Shown: positions 37,989 to 51,033 of the stretch, in pieces
How the letters are laid out: each line of letters opens with the position of its first letter
Position numbering within the stretch: position 1 is the stretch's first letter
NCBI RefSeq assembly: GCF_006345805.1
Contig: NC_043009.1
Location: 1,550,001-1,614,000, forward strand
Origin: Octopus sinensis
Lineage: Eukaryota
Length of the DNA stretch: 64,000 nucleotides
Direction: 5' to 3'
Notes under the pieces: generated by a model
Databases searched by the model: none
Told to the model about the DNA's origin: nothing
What the model saw: the letters and a program-made list of their open reading frames with translations, nothing else
Program-made: the position numbers and the translations under genes

Positions 37989-38500
37989 CCTGTCTACTAT
38001 TGGCACAAGGCCTGACAGAAATAGTCAATTACATCAACCCCAGTGCATAGCTGGTACTTATTTCATCTATCCTGAAAGGATGAAAGGCAAATCGACCTTG
38101 GAATTTGAACTCAGAACGTAAAGACAGATCGATCTGGCACCAGACAAGGATTCTCGATTATTGTTCTGGGTTTTTAACTTAATTTTTGAAAGCAGTCTGC
38201 TTCGTTTTCAGTATTCTTGTTCATGAGAGTAATCAAGTTTATTTCAGATATTATCATTTTAAAAATCATCTCTGGCTGATCGTTGAGAGGATGTTGGTGT
38301 TGCCTTGGTGGAGATTTGCGCTCTCTCAGTGCGATTATTATTATTATTACTACTACTACAACTACTACTATTGTTAAAAAAGTTCTATGAGAAGTAGAAT
38401 GACTGTAACTTTGAAGTTTCAACCTATTAGCCTTCATCAGACTTTTGCATTGATAATTCTTAAAAAAAGACAATGCCATGTATCCCTGTCCTATATAGTG

Positions 38501-38802
38501 CAGGGGCTCTCACCAGGGTCCATATAAGATTTTGTGGGGTACACAGACACAATATTAGAGAACCACAGTAATTTTTCAGGGGCCATGAAAAAATTGTGTC
38601 TCAGACCAATAAACTTTATGCAAAATGAATTGGTTACACATCCACAACACACAAAATATTTTAATTTTTATACAATTCTTAATAATATTTAATTATAAGA
38701 ATACAATAGGAATTTTGGAACACTGAATGGCTATGAGGAGGGTCCACCCAAGGAAAATAGGAATCAAAGGGGTCCATAGGTAAAAATGGTTGAGAACCCA
38801 TG
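38501..38802. mobile_element. hAT-type MITE
   Basis: Termini caggggctctcacc / ggttgagaacccatg; flanking 8-mers atatagtg / tagtagtg form a partial TSD. Related fragment at about 1851-1915. Confidence 0.65.
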
Positions 38803-38855
38803 TAGTAGTGGTTTGACAATCAGAGATCCAATTAAAGATCCAAGAGTGGATATCA

Positions 38856-39093
38856 ATTTTTACGATCACACAGCACCAAACTTGTGGCCTCCAAACTCAC
38901 CAGATTTAAATCCCATGGATTACTACATTTGGAGCATTGTTGAAAGGGAGACTAATGGACATCCCCTCAATACCATAGCTTCTGAAGCTATGGTATGTCT
39001 GAAATAATTAAGGACCATTTGGTGCAGGCATGTCCGTGATTTTGGTCCTGTACAGAAGCAGTTATAGAAGCTGAAGGTGGATTCATAGAATAA
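38856..39093 (+). mobile_element. Tc1/maT transposase C-terminal fragment
   Basis: WPPNSPDLNPMDYYIWSIVERETN, containing the Tc1/mariner SPDLNP motif. Confidence 0.85.
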
Positions 39094-39944
39094 TCTTAAG
39101 AAAATTTGAGAATATGCACAAGATTTTTATTTTAAAATATTTGAGCTGTTTTATGAAATTAGAAAATATGTCCTCTCATACTTGTCGCATCCTGTATTTA
39201 TACATACATATATACATGCTGTAATTACTTGTGTATAATGCAGGAAATTTCATATAAAAATAAAAATCAGGGTCAAGATTTGAGACAGGTACTATTATAC
39301 TTACATGTGGAAAACAAAAAAATACATTAAGAGACCCGTGAAAATGAAAACACAGAAAACGATAGCCCTGAGACATCTAACTACTAATGTAAACATTTCA
39401 TTGTAAACACTTCATTGCTTATGGTTTTGAAATCCCATTTGCATGGTGAATACATTTGAATACAAAATGTCAATGTTGTTCCCATACTGGTTGTGGTATA
39501 CGATTATATATACTCAAATGAGATTTTAAAATAGTACAATTTAACACCTGAAAGTTACATTACTAATGTATGCTGGCAATGGAACATCTTCAGTACACAC
39601 CAACATCGTCACCATCCTTGGTTTCATGTACACTCTTCTATGTTGGCGTAATTCAGATAAGAGTTTGCTCAAGCAGGTTCTTCTACTGCCAGACGCTCTT
39701 TCAGTTGCCAATCCTCAGCTGTTTCCAAGCAACGTAATACCCCCCCCCCCAGTGTATCAAACAATGAGCAACCCAGACATGCATTGCACAAGGACTGTAA
39801 ACAAATGATGCTTTTGTATGAACGGGGTCTTTTTGTTGATAGTCGGCATTCATGTCAAAAAGAAGGGAATATAAGCAGACACACACACACAAATATATGC
39901 CTCACACGCATGCATGCATGTACTCACACACCCCATATTTGTAT

Positions 39945-40158
39945 CCCTTTAGCATGCAGATTTGTCAAATCTATTGCTTATTTATTAACGTCGTTTTTAA
40001 TTATCACACATCTTGTACCTTCAAGATTTCAATGGTGCATTTGCATATATTTCGAGGATGACATTGTAGGGTAGGTGTGAGAGGTTGGATCTCATCAGTT
40101 TTAACTGAAAACAAGTAGAATATTTGGGCAAAATATGGCTGAATTAAATGCTAAAGGG
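39945..40158. mobile_element. piggyBac-type MITE family copy
   Basis: TIR ccctttagcat / atgctaaaggg; same family as 57661-57866. Confidence 0.6.
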
Positions 40159-40404
40159 ATACACACACACACAAGCTTCTTTCAGTTTCCATTAATCAAA
40201 TTTCAAGTGCAAGACATTGACCAACCCACAGTTGCAGTGGAAGACCAGCTGACAAACTGTATCCATGCCGTGAGAATGAATTCAAAGCCACATGGTTCTA
40301 AAGCAAAAAATATAATTAAAAAAAAAAGTTCTTAACCATGTGTCCATAATAAGAACATGAATGTGAAAAACACACAGAAAAAACCCCCAAAAAACTCCCT
40401 CCTC

Positions 40405-40765
40405 TACCTCATAGAGCTTTCAGTGTTAAGTTTACAATCAAAGAATTTACCGAAAAGACCACCTGTGGAGTATTTAGGAAATTTTGGAATTTTGAAAGCA
40501 AAACATTTGGTTATGGAGAAAGAAGAATTCCCAAGTGCGAAAAAAATGCCAAAAAGTAAACCATCTCTAAGAAATTCAGGCAGAGAATCCAGAACTGGGA
40601 AAAGAATTGGCAGAATGAACTGGAAGAGAAAGGGTAGATATGGTGTAGAAACACACCATGTAAAGTTAGAGAGAGAAGCTAAACCAAGGAAGAATAGCAG
40701 AAGTTATTTGGAGAAACAGATGATGAATCAGAATTTGATGGTGGTTGTTTTTTTTCTGTTTTTTT
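40405..40765 (+). pseudogene. Decayed reading frame of unknown, probably transposon, origin
   Basis: One frame reads FSVKFTIKEFTEKTTCGVFRKFWNFESKTFGYGERRIPKCEK...LFGETDDESEFDG with 4 in-frame stops; complex, non-repetitive sequence. Confidence 0.45.
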
Positions 40766-42116
40766 AGGAGATAAACTCATTTTATGAATTACGACCTTTA
40801 TTTTAACCTGTGTTACAGGCTTCGCTCAACAGTTTCCAAGCAGAAGTTACTGAGCAAAAACAGGAATGGTGCCAGTCTTGTGGTTGTGGTTTTTCTGTAT
40901 GTGTGGGTGTTTGTTCTGGTTTGGCTTTTTTTAATGCTTGTGATTTATGTGTTTTAAAATTTTCAGCAATATTAAATTGGTTGCATGAAAAATATATATA
41001 AAAGACTCTCTCTCTCTCTCTCTCTCTCTCTGGTGGTGGTACTTGAGAGTAGCATTATATGAGGGAAGATGAAATATATCACCGAATTTTAGCTATAAAA
41101 ATGCTGTAGACTGCATTACATTCAAAATTAAGGACCCACTTCGGTTTTGAATGACCATGGGTTTGCACCTAGAAAGTTACCCACCGGGTCCAGGTAAGAC
41201 TGTTAATGGAAGACCAGCAGTCGCTCATGCATACCAGCCTCCTCTCTCCACACCACCGATGTCATCCAAAGGAAAGGCAAAGGCCAATATACCTTGGCAC
41301 CAGTGATGCCACAAGTCATTTCTACAGATGAGTGAAATGGAGTAACGTGAAATAAAATATTGTGCTCAAGAACTCAACACAGAGCCCAGTCTGGGAATCG
41401 AACTTACTACCTCGTGATTGGGAGCCTGGTGCTCTAACCACTGGTCCATAAGCCAATTTAAGATTACTTTGTACTCAAATACATACACTTTACATGTGTG
41501 ACTGTCTTTCCTTGTAAGTGTAATATGTGCATTGGTTCCATGTAAAAATGCATGCATACTGGTGCCACATGAAAAGCATTGATGGTGGTGCCACATAAAA
41601 CAACCTGTGCTGGTGCCATGTAGAAGCACCCAGTCCAATCGGGGCCTGGTGCAGTCCTCTGGCTTGCCAGCTTCTGTCACCGTCCAACCCATGCCAGCAT
41701 GGAAAATGGGCATTAAACGATGATATAACATAGTAATAGCAATAATATTCCCTGGAATTTATAAATATTTTAATGCATTGCTATGTGATTCCATCCAAGG
41801 ATTATTATTACATTTACCTTACCATTATATCAGCACAGCTTGGTGTGACCTCAAAAATCTGGTATCACCAATTGGCATCATTAAGCTGTAGCTGGGGCAG
41901 AATTAAATAGGATCCTTAATATGCAAATTCAAAACATTTCCTATAAACGAACTTAAAGGATATATACATACATAGTCGATTTATATATACCTTTTCTTGA
42001 GAGGTCTTTCTATATATTTTGTATTTTTATGTGCATATATATTTTTTACCTTCTGTGCTTTTATATATGTATTCCTTTTATATGTTGAAGGCAATGGTAA
42101 TATTTATATATGATGA

Positions 42117-42194
42117 AATGTATGGAAGCATAGTGTTATATAAATGTATGGAAGCATAGTGTTATATAAATGTATGGAAGCATAGTGTCATATA
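42117..42194. repeat. 26-bp tandem repeat, 3 copies
   Basis: aatgtatggaagcatagtgttatata at 42117, 42143 and 42169. Confidence 0.95.
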
Positions 42195-42328
42195 AAGTCT
42201 TTAACCCAAATTTGATGTTTGTTCTCTAATCAATGTTTTTTGTCTGTCTCAATTTCATTTGAGCACTTTCTTTTGCATTTCTATGAATCCTTTTTCTTTC
42301 CATAAAAAGAGGCAAAAATTATTTTTTG

Positions 42329-42389
<61 letters not shown>

Positions 42390-42395
42390 TATATA

Positions 42396-42800
42396 GGCAC
42401 AGGAGTGGCTGTGTGGTAAGTAGCTTGCTTACCAACCACATGGTTCTGGGTTCATTCCCACTGCATGGCACCTTGGGCAAGTGTCTTCTACTATAACCAC
42501 AGGCTGACCAAAGCCTTGTGAGTGGATTTGGTAGAGGGAAACTGAAAAAGCCCATCGTATATATGTGTGTATATATATATATGTGTGTGTGTATATGTTT
42601 GCGTGTCTGTGTTTGTCCCCCACTTCCATTGCTTGACAACCGATGGTGGTGTGTCTACGTCCCCGTAGCTTAGCAGTTCGGCAAAAGAGACTGATAGAAT
42701 AAGTACTAGGCTTCCAAAGAACAAGACTTGGGGTTGATTTGCTTGACTAAAGGCGGTGCTCCAGCATGGCCACAGTCAAATGACTCAAACAAGTAAAAGG
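42396..42800 (+). mobile_element. SINE family A, full length
   Basis: Colinear with 27919-28325. Confidence 0.9.
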
Positions 42801-45246
42801 GTATATATATATATATATATATAAGGGAAAAGACATGGTACACCTTTATTTCACCTGTTAAAAAGGTTTCAGTGTTTCACAACATATAAGACACTACAGA
42901 ATCAAAAATATTTCATGTGTCTTCTCATGATACATCAATAAACCCAAGCTAATGAATCCTGTGTGAGTTTGTTCAACTTGCTAGAAACAGCAGCCAAATC
43001 TATCTCTAATTATATTCTGCTGTTGAAAAAAAAATAATAAATAGAAGTAGCACAATTGCTTTTAAAGTGATAAAGAAGTGATATTGAACCTGTGCATGTG
43101 ATTATTATTATTATTAGCTTAATGACCCTCCCAAGACACAACAATAGCACAATACTAAACACAAAATAGCTAGAAAATTGATGAATGGTCATATCTGTAA
43201 ACATGTGAGCATAGATCTGTTGTATCAGATCTAATTGAAGCCTGAACAACGACAGCCATCATGTTTACGATTCCCAATGAAAGATCTCCATGCAGACGTT
43301 CAGAGGACACATCGTATAATATATTCCTCAAGCTAAATAACATCATCATCATCATTATCATCATCCTCCTCCTCTTCATTACTATCATCACCACCAACAT
43401 ATCTCATATTTTCCCCTTTTTCCTATGTTTAGTCTAGTTGTCACGAGCTAAACAACCTGCTATGTAATTAAGTACTAGGTGTCCTGTTATGCTTATCCAA
43501 TCTCTCATCATCAAGGTAACATCAAGATTCCATTACAGATACTTACCTGTTAAGTTAGAGAGAGAGACTGAATTTCTTCTCAGAGTAATTTCAGAAATTT
43601 TTGCATCTGTTTTATATCATCTACATATATTTTGTATTTTTTCTTTTATTTTTATTTTTGTACAAGAGTGAATTTTGAGTGATTTTTCTCACTAATTTTG
43701 TTCTGCGTGTAGAGACAGAATATCTGTAACGAGCTCCACCCAGCAAGAAAATGTGTCTACTAACTCATGCAAGTTTGTCCTTCAATCTAGTCGGCGTCTT
43801 GATGTATGCAACTGTCATACATGCATGTGAATTTGAAAACTATATTAGTTACCTTCGTTTGTGAGCTCATATTACTGTGAAGTATTCTGTTTCTGTCAGG
43901 GTTGGTGTATGCAAACAGATTGTTGTGATGGTAGTACTAGAACAAGAATCTCTCTTTGAGAGACTGCCATTGCTGCTTTCTGTTTATTTTTAATCTTACG
44001 GGGTCAAGAGAGTTAAGAAGACAGTGTCCCTGTCTCCTTGTACAACCTCCAAGACTGGTGGAGGGAGCCGGGGAGAGGTAGGGAAGGCATCCTTGAACCA
44101 GATTTGAACTATCACATTTAAGTTCCTTTGTTGCCATTGTTATTTCCTGGTTGATAATAATTTTATGTTTTATCAGATAAAATAAGGGGCTTTTACGGGG
44201 GGGGGGGGTTCTATAAACACAAGCACATGCGTAGACACACATACACAAATTTACATGTACTAACTCTCATACACACATACATACACACACAAATATAAAT
44301 ATTTTGTTAAGGCGCTGCAAGACTAATAACCTGGAATAGAACTCAATATGTACACTCATGCCTGCAAGGACAACAGATGCTAAATCATGATGATGATGAG
44401 AGCAGTAGTAAGAAATCGGGAGGACAAAAGAATAGACTATCATTATGAACTGATTGTCCCTTTCTTATCCTAATTTCTTATATATATATATATATATATA
44501 TATACAGTTGAAAAATATCGTTATAGGTATAAAAATATCATAAACAATTATAGAAAATTGGAGGAGTAAAAGATGTTGAATCAAAATTAGATTTAATGCA
44601 AAATAGGATTCACTACATATGCATGTTTCAAAGGACAATACAAATATGTAAGAAAAAAAATTATAACCATAGTAATTATAATTAAATTTATGCATTGTCA
44701 TTTTCATCAGTGTGAAGAATTCTTGTAAGGACATCAAAAAATGCTTAATAAAATAAATTAGAATAAGATACAATAAGGGAGAATACAAGAGGGGTAATAG
44801 GGAAAAAAATTGGATATTTGCAAGCAAGTTTTAAAAGGGGAAAAAATAACTTCTATTTTCACATTCTTATTACTTACTCTGACTGTTTTTTATGAATATG
44901 ATGAATCTTTATTAGAAATCATTCTTTCTCACTTTTTGGAACTCTCAAAAAGTTTGAATTGTTCTCCTTTGAACATATTTTTACACACACACACACACAC
45001 ACATATATATAGTTTGAAAACAAAGATCTAATGGATACAAATTAATTAATTAATCAACATATTAACCAACAATTGTTTCATTTCTCAAATAAGATTAAAA
45101 TTACAAACATATATATATAAAAATATAATTTTGCATTTTAAATACCTTATAAGGAAAATATCGGGGTTTTCAGAGAACAATAAGGATTACATAGGGATAC
45201 TTTCGGAATATACTAAACACACAAACATGTTCACTATGTGTGTATG

Positions 45247-45365
<119 letters not shown>

Positions 45366-45895
45366 ATGTGTGCATGCATTAAAATTATTCCTTTTATTTC
45401 AATTCATCTCTTTATTGCCTACAGGGGCTAAACATAGAAGGGGCAAGCAAAGACAGTCAAAGGGATTAAGTCGATTGCATTGACCCTAGTGTGTAACTGG
45501 TACTTATTTAATCAACCCCGAAAGGATGAAAAGCAAAGTTGACCTCAGAACGTAACAGCGAATGAAATACAGCTAAGCATTTCACCCAACATGCTAACAT
45601 TTCTGCCAGTAATAGTAATAATGATGGGTTATATTATATAAAGGTAAATTAATATAATGATTAAAAGAAAGTGAAGGAAAATAAGATTTCTGTTCATGGA
45701 ATAAATAAAATAAAAGTGAAACAAAATTTATACGTAATAAAAAACAAATATATATATGCATGTGTGTGTGTGTGTGTGTGTGGATGTTGATGCAAACAGG
45801 AAAAATAGAACTCAAAATATGAGTAAAAGTATATTTTTAGTACCAACTCACAAAACTCTTGGACCTTCAGTCATTCCATTACTTCTGCTAAGCAT

Positions 45896-45927
<32 letters not shown>

Positions 45928-46256
45928 CATACACACACAATTGTCATCATCATCATCTGTATTCCATAATGGCATGGGTTGAACACTGACAAGATGCAAC
46001 AAGTCAAAGGATTTCATTATGCTCCTGTGTCTGCTTTGGCATGCTTTCTAAGGCTGGATGTCCTTCCCGATACCAACCACTTTACAGAATGGTATAGGGT
46101 TTAGAAACCACTATACACACACATATACATATATGCATAACACAAGCACTTATATACATGTATGCAATTGTGTCCATATTACTCTATAAGGGGCATAGAA
46201 CCAATTTCCCAGTTTCTCTGACACACACATACACACTATATATATAAATACACACA

Positions 46257-46320
<64 letters not shown>

Positions 46321-47246
46321 TCCTCCCTGGATGAGACACTGGTCTGTCACAGGATTACTCCTTTGTACCAGCTGCTGAGTGGACTGGAGCAACATGAAAT
46401 GAAGTGCCTTGCTCAAGAACATAACACATCACCCAGTTCAGGAATCGAAACCACAATCTCATGATCATGAGTTCAAACATCCTAACCACTGAGCCATGCA
46501 CCTCCACACATTCATGTAATATTCACCTACTAACTCCGGATATGTTTTAACTACAACAGCACCATCCAGGCGTGATCGCTGCCTGATCGGGTGACTGGCT
46601 TCCATGCAAGTGGTACGTAAATAGCACCATTCAAACATGATCATTACCAGTGTCGCCTCACTGGCACTTGTGCTGGGGGCACGTGAAAAAAATTCGAGCG
46701 AGGTTGTTGCCAGTGCCGCTGGACTGGCTCCTGTGCAGGTGGTACGTAAAAAACACCACTTGAGCGTGGCTGTTGCCAGTACTGCCTGACTGCCCCCTGT
46801 GCCGGTGGCACATAAAAGCACCCATTACACTCTCAGAGTGGTTGGCATTAGGAAGGGCATCCAGCTGTAGAAACTCTGCTAGATCAGACTGGAGCCTGGT
46901 GAAACCATCTGGTTCGCCAGTCCTCAGTCAAATCGTCCAACCCATGCCAGCATGGAAAGCAGACATTATACGATGATGCTAATGATGATGATGACCTGTC
47001 ATTCAACATATTAAACCATTTCCTTTACTCCTAGAAGTGACCACACTTCTAAAATTAAGTTTACAGCTCAGGAAAGTTAAAGAAAAGCAAAAGGAACTAA
47101 AAAAACAACAACTAATAAAGGAATAAACTGAAAGCAGCAAGATTGAACTCATGACCTTTGATCTTATAATCCAATATGTTATTTGGTTGGACCCTGCTTT
47201 TCTATGGACATTCAATTGACTCTGAAAATTGGGTTCATGCTCTTAC

Positions 47247-48483
47247 CTGATTATCTGATGTCTCAGGCCCCGGGGTAATAACGACTTCAGTTTTGGGTAT
47301 GTCTTCACCATGGCCATTGACCATCGCAGTGGTTTGGCTGGGAGCCTGTTCCTCGACCTTGTCTGAAAATGTGACCGAGTTTGTAGTGGGTGGAGTTTCT
47401 GGTTCCGTATAAACTACCTCACCAGTCTGTGACGGGGCTGGTTCTTGCGTTGCAACCATGACAACGGGTGGCTTATATTCTGGTTCAGCTGGTTCATACT
47501 CTGCTGCTGCTGCTGCAACAGAGACAGTTGCTGCAGCTGCTTCAGACGCTTGCACTTCAGGTACAACTTCATGTTCTTCAGGTGCACTTTCAGCTGCAGT
47601 CGTTTCATATGATGCTGCACTTGCCTCTACTACGACATTCTCTGTTGCTGCTGTAGGGTACTCTTCCTCCTCTCTAGGGGTCTGCTCTACGGCACATGCA
47701 GTTGCTACCACAGGTACAGGTGTGGGTTCCGGTGGAGGCAATTCTTCTACCACAGTTACAGGTTCTGGTGGAGGGGGCTGCTCTACCACAGGTGGAGGTG
47801 TAGGTTCAGGTGACTGATAAACGACAGGCGTCGTTGCAACCACAGGTGTTGTTTCTACAACAGGTACAGGTGTAGGTTCTGGTGGTGGTGGTGGTGGTAG
47901 ATCATCTACCACAGGTTTAAAAGTTTGCATCTTAGGTGGTGTTGCCACCACAGCTACAGGTGTCGGCTGTGGTGGAGGTGGCTGCTCCACCACAGGTGTG
48001 GGCTCTGCAGCTTCTGGTTCTACGACATGTGCTTGCACAACAACAGGGGCTTGCCTAACTACAGGCTGTGGTTGTGGCTGCGGTTGCACAGGGGTTTGTT
48101 CAACCACTGTTGGTGGCACTTCCTGTACATGTGTCTCTGCAGGTTCTGTTCTTTGTTTTGGAACAGGTGCTTCTGGTGCTTTTGTTCGCTTTGGTTTAAC
48201 CTTTCCTGCAAGTGTCGGCCTTGGTGCAGGAGCAGGTTTGGGACCAAGTGCAGGTTTGGGAGCAGGTGCAGTATTGGGACCAACAGCTGGCTTTGATGGT
48301 AGTGCTGGCTTTGCTCCTGCTGGCTTGGCTGGGGGTGCCGGCTTTGCTACTGGCGCTGGCTTGGCTGGAGCTGGTTTGGCTGGAGCTGGTTTAAATGTTT
48401 CCATCTTATTTTCTTGTGTGTCTTTGTTTATATATTTTTTTCCTTTTTCAGAATCTAAAGAATCTGTTTGGGTCTGTCCACTT
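47247..48483 (-). CDS. Internal coding exon of an unidentified host gene; about 412 codons, Pro/Ala/Glu/Val/Thr-rich, probably disordered, with SH3/EVH1 ligand-like motifs
   Basis: The 389-aa ORF 47235..48404 stays open upstream to a pyrimidine-rich acceptor (minus strand ttctttatctttttcag|AA, exon start 48483), adding SGQTQTDSLDSEKGKKYINKDTQENK. A strong donor CAG|GTAAGA lies at 47247, phase 0 after ...SDNQ. Varied codon usage, not a microsatellite. No folded domain recognised. Confidence 0.8.
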
Positions 48484-48651
48484 CTGAAAAAGATAAAGAA
48501 TTTAAAATCAGGAAAAATTTAATCTCAAAATATCAAGAATAGAACTTATTATCATCGTCATCATTATAATAAAGGCAGCGAACTGGCAGAATAGTCACAG
48601 AATCAGAAGAAACATTTGCAGTATATCTTGTGTTTTTTTTCTTTTTTTTCT

Positions 48652-48860
48652 CTTTTTACTTGTTTCAGTCATGTGACTGTGGCCATTTTGTAGCACCACC
48701 TTTAGTTGAGCAAATCGACCCCAGGATTTATTCTTTGGAAGCCTAGTACTTATTCTATTGGTCTTTTTTGCCGAACTGCTAAGTTTCGGGGACGTAAACA
48801 CACCACCATTGGTTGTCAAGCGATGTTGGGGGGAACAAACACAGACACACAAACATATAC

Positions 48861-48905
<45 letters not shown>

Positions 48906-49073
48906 CATACAAACACATACATATATATGACAGGCTTCTTTCAGTTTCTGTCTACCAAATCCACTCAGCCCAAGGCTATAGTAGAAGACACTTGCCAAAA
49001 GTGCCACGTAATGGGACTGAACCTGGAAACATGTGGTTGGTAAGCAAGCTACTTACCACACAGCCACTCCTGC
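48652..49073 (-). mobile_element. SINE family A, full length
   Basis: Reverse complement of the family A consensus; about 170 bp from the exon acceptor. Confidence 0.9.
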
Positions 49074-49149
49074 ATATAAACATTTGAAAAACAAACAATT
49101 CAACAAATTAAAACTCCCATTAGGGGAGGTGCTATGAGGTCCTTACAGG

Positions 49150-49480
49150 AAAACCCACAAAAAGCAATGGGTGCCTGATCAACAGGGCAAGAGCCCTTCT
49201 TTAATTCTCTTTTTTACAGGTCAGAATTGGTCCTTTCACACTGGCCATTCTTCAAACATTCACCCACCTTTCAACAAACTTGCTACACGGCAACACTTCC
49301 CTCTCCATCATCAACTTCCTTTTCAAGTGAAACTTGAAAAAGTTGATGAGGGTTTTGCCAAAGAGGAAAGTGTCTGGATAGTCATGGTGGGTATACTGGG
49401 CTTTATATATTTGTACCTCAGCGTCACTTTTGGACGACTCCACCATACTACTTCTTTCACTACAGCCACCAGACAAACAA
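49150..49480 (-). mobile_element. L1/Tx1-like LINE ORF2 C-terminal fragment
   Basis: TFLFGKTLINFFKFHLKRKLMMEREVLPCSKFVERWVNV resembles the F...W-containing C-terminus of L1/Tx1 ORF2; stops present. Confidence 0.5.
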
Positions 49481-49720
49481 AAACTGCCCAAGACTATAGC
49501 GGAAGGCACTTTGCCAAGGTGCCATGCAGCAAGACTGAACCTGGAACCATGTGGTTGGGAAGCAAACATCTTACCACAGAGCCACACCTAAACCTTTTAA
49601 CTGAGCTGGTCTCAGGACAAAGACACACAAAAAACAATAAAAGAATTAAAAGGCCTTAGAATAACCTTTGGCTTCTAAATGTATTCTATTATTGTTTTGC
49701 ATTTTGTGAAGAATAATCGC

Positions 49721-49784
49721 ATTGGCTGAAAGTTTTTCAGCAAGCCAATCACGGCTTCATTGCATTTATGGTTGCCAAGGAAAC
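49721..49784. promoter_or_regulatory. Candidate cis-regulatory module: two CCAAT boxes and an RFX X-box
   Basis: ATTGGCT at 49721, AGCCAATCA at 49743, GTTGCCAAGGAAAC at 49771-49784; non-repetitive context about 1.25 kb 5' of the exon. Confidence 0.3.
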
Positions 49785-50263
49785 AAATTTTCTGTGCAAC
49801 TCAACTGGAATAAATATTAGAAGAGATTTTATTCAAAAGCACATATTTATTGGTCTCCTTAATAATAAAAGAGGTGTACATTTTATATACACACACACAC
49901 ACACATATATATAAGCAATTATGCAGATAACCAAATTAAATATGACAGCTTGAGGTTGATGTACAAAATATATGTAAACAGAAAGAAAGCAAAGACTGAA
50001 GGTTTTCAGACAATCAATATTTAAGTATAAATATATATTTATATATCAATAGATCAAGCTTACACAGAGTCCAAATGACAGAGAAACTATAATGACATCA
50101 GAGCCGAAGTTCAAAGAATTTGAGCTCTACAAAGTGTTTTCGGTACCGAGAATCTCTGGATCTTATCTGTTGACTATATTTATATATATATATTCCAGCT
50201 TGCCTGCTTTGGTCAAACAGTTCAACCCATGCAAACATGGACAATGGACGTTAAAGGATGATG

Positions 50264-50309
<46 letters not shown>

Positions 50310-50640
50310 GACCTCCTTCGGTCATGACACTGACCATGGGATTGCACCTAGAAAGCTAACCTCCCAGGCACAATTCCGGGCAAGGATGTTTATGGAAGAC
50401 CAGCAGTCGCCCATGCATACTGGCCTCCCCTCTCCACACCACCAGTGTTATCCAAGGGAAAGGCAAAAGCTGATAGAGCCTGGGACCAGTGATGTCACAC
50501 CTCATTTCTACAGCTGAGGGAACTGGAGCAACGTGAAATAAAGTCTCTTGCTCAAGAACACAATATGCAGCCCGGTCCGGGAATTGAACTCTCAACCTCA
50601 TGATCATAAGCTCAACACTCTAACCACTGAGCCATGCGCC

Positions 50641-50674
<34 letters not shown>

Positions 50675-50720
50675 TATATATATATATAATGATGATGATA
50701 AAGCTGAACACTAAGCTGGG

Positions 50721-50765
50721 CTTAACTGATGAGGCAAATGGAAATTGCCAAAACTGATGTTAGTC
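50721..50765 (+). ncRNA. Fossil hammerhead-like motif, core mutated
   Basis: cttaa-CTGATGA-ggcaa atggaaa ttgcc-aAAA-ctga-tg-ttag. Stem II 5 bp; GAAA reads AAAA (consistent with CG>CA decay); cleavage-site base is G. Confidence 0.3.
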
Positions 50766-50983
50766 TTAAGAAATCTTAGTTGACATTTCCCAGACAATTA
50801 TCGTCCTTGTTAGTGTATATATTTTCATTCATGTGTGGTAACTACAGCATTAGAGCATTTTAGCTCTCATTTCTAACAATGTAGATGTTTTTTAATAGCC
50901 TAGTTACATTTAGTGACAATTATAATAGTCCTTTTTGGTGAAACATTTGCAACCTGCTGTAAAGTTAATTTTGTATGTGTATA

Positions 50984-51024
<41 letters not shown>

Positions 51025-51033
51025 TATATATAT

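Noticed and set aside
38402-38447. Minus-strand CTGATGA...GAAA hammerhead-like core
   Set aside because: Stem I pairs at only 2 bp and stem II is broken; not distinguishable from chance.
39520-39670. Protein-like frames on both strands (e.g. RRVYMKPRMVTMLVCTEDVPLPAY)
   Set aside because: No splice boundaries; abuts a repeat; no recognisable motif.
43548-43607. Possible next minus-strand exon (strong donor CAG|GTAAGT at about 43547; DAKISEITLRRNSVSL frame)
   Set aside because: No pyrimidine-rich acceptor; the phase-0 frame needed after the big exon hits a stop.
47458-48522. Plus-strand ORFs (119, 123 and 174 aa) overlapping the Pro-rich exon
   Set aside because: Antisense shadows of the CCN/GCN-rich coding strand.
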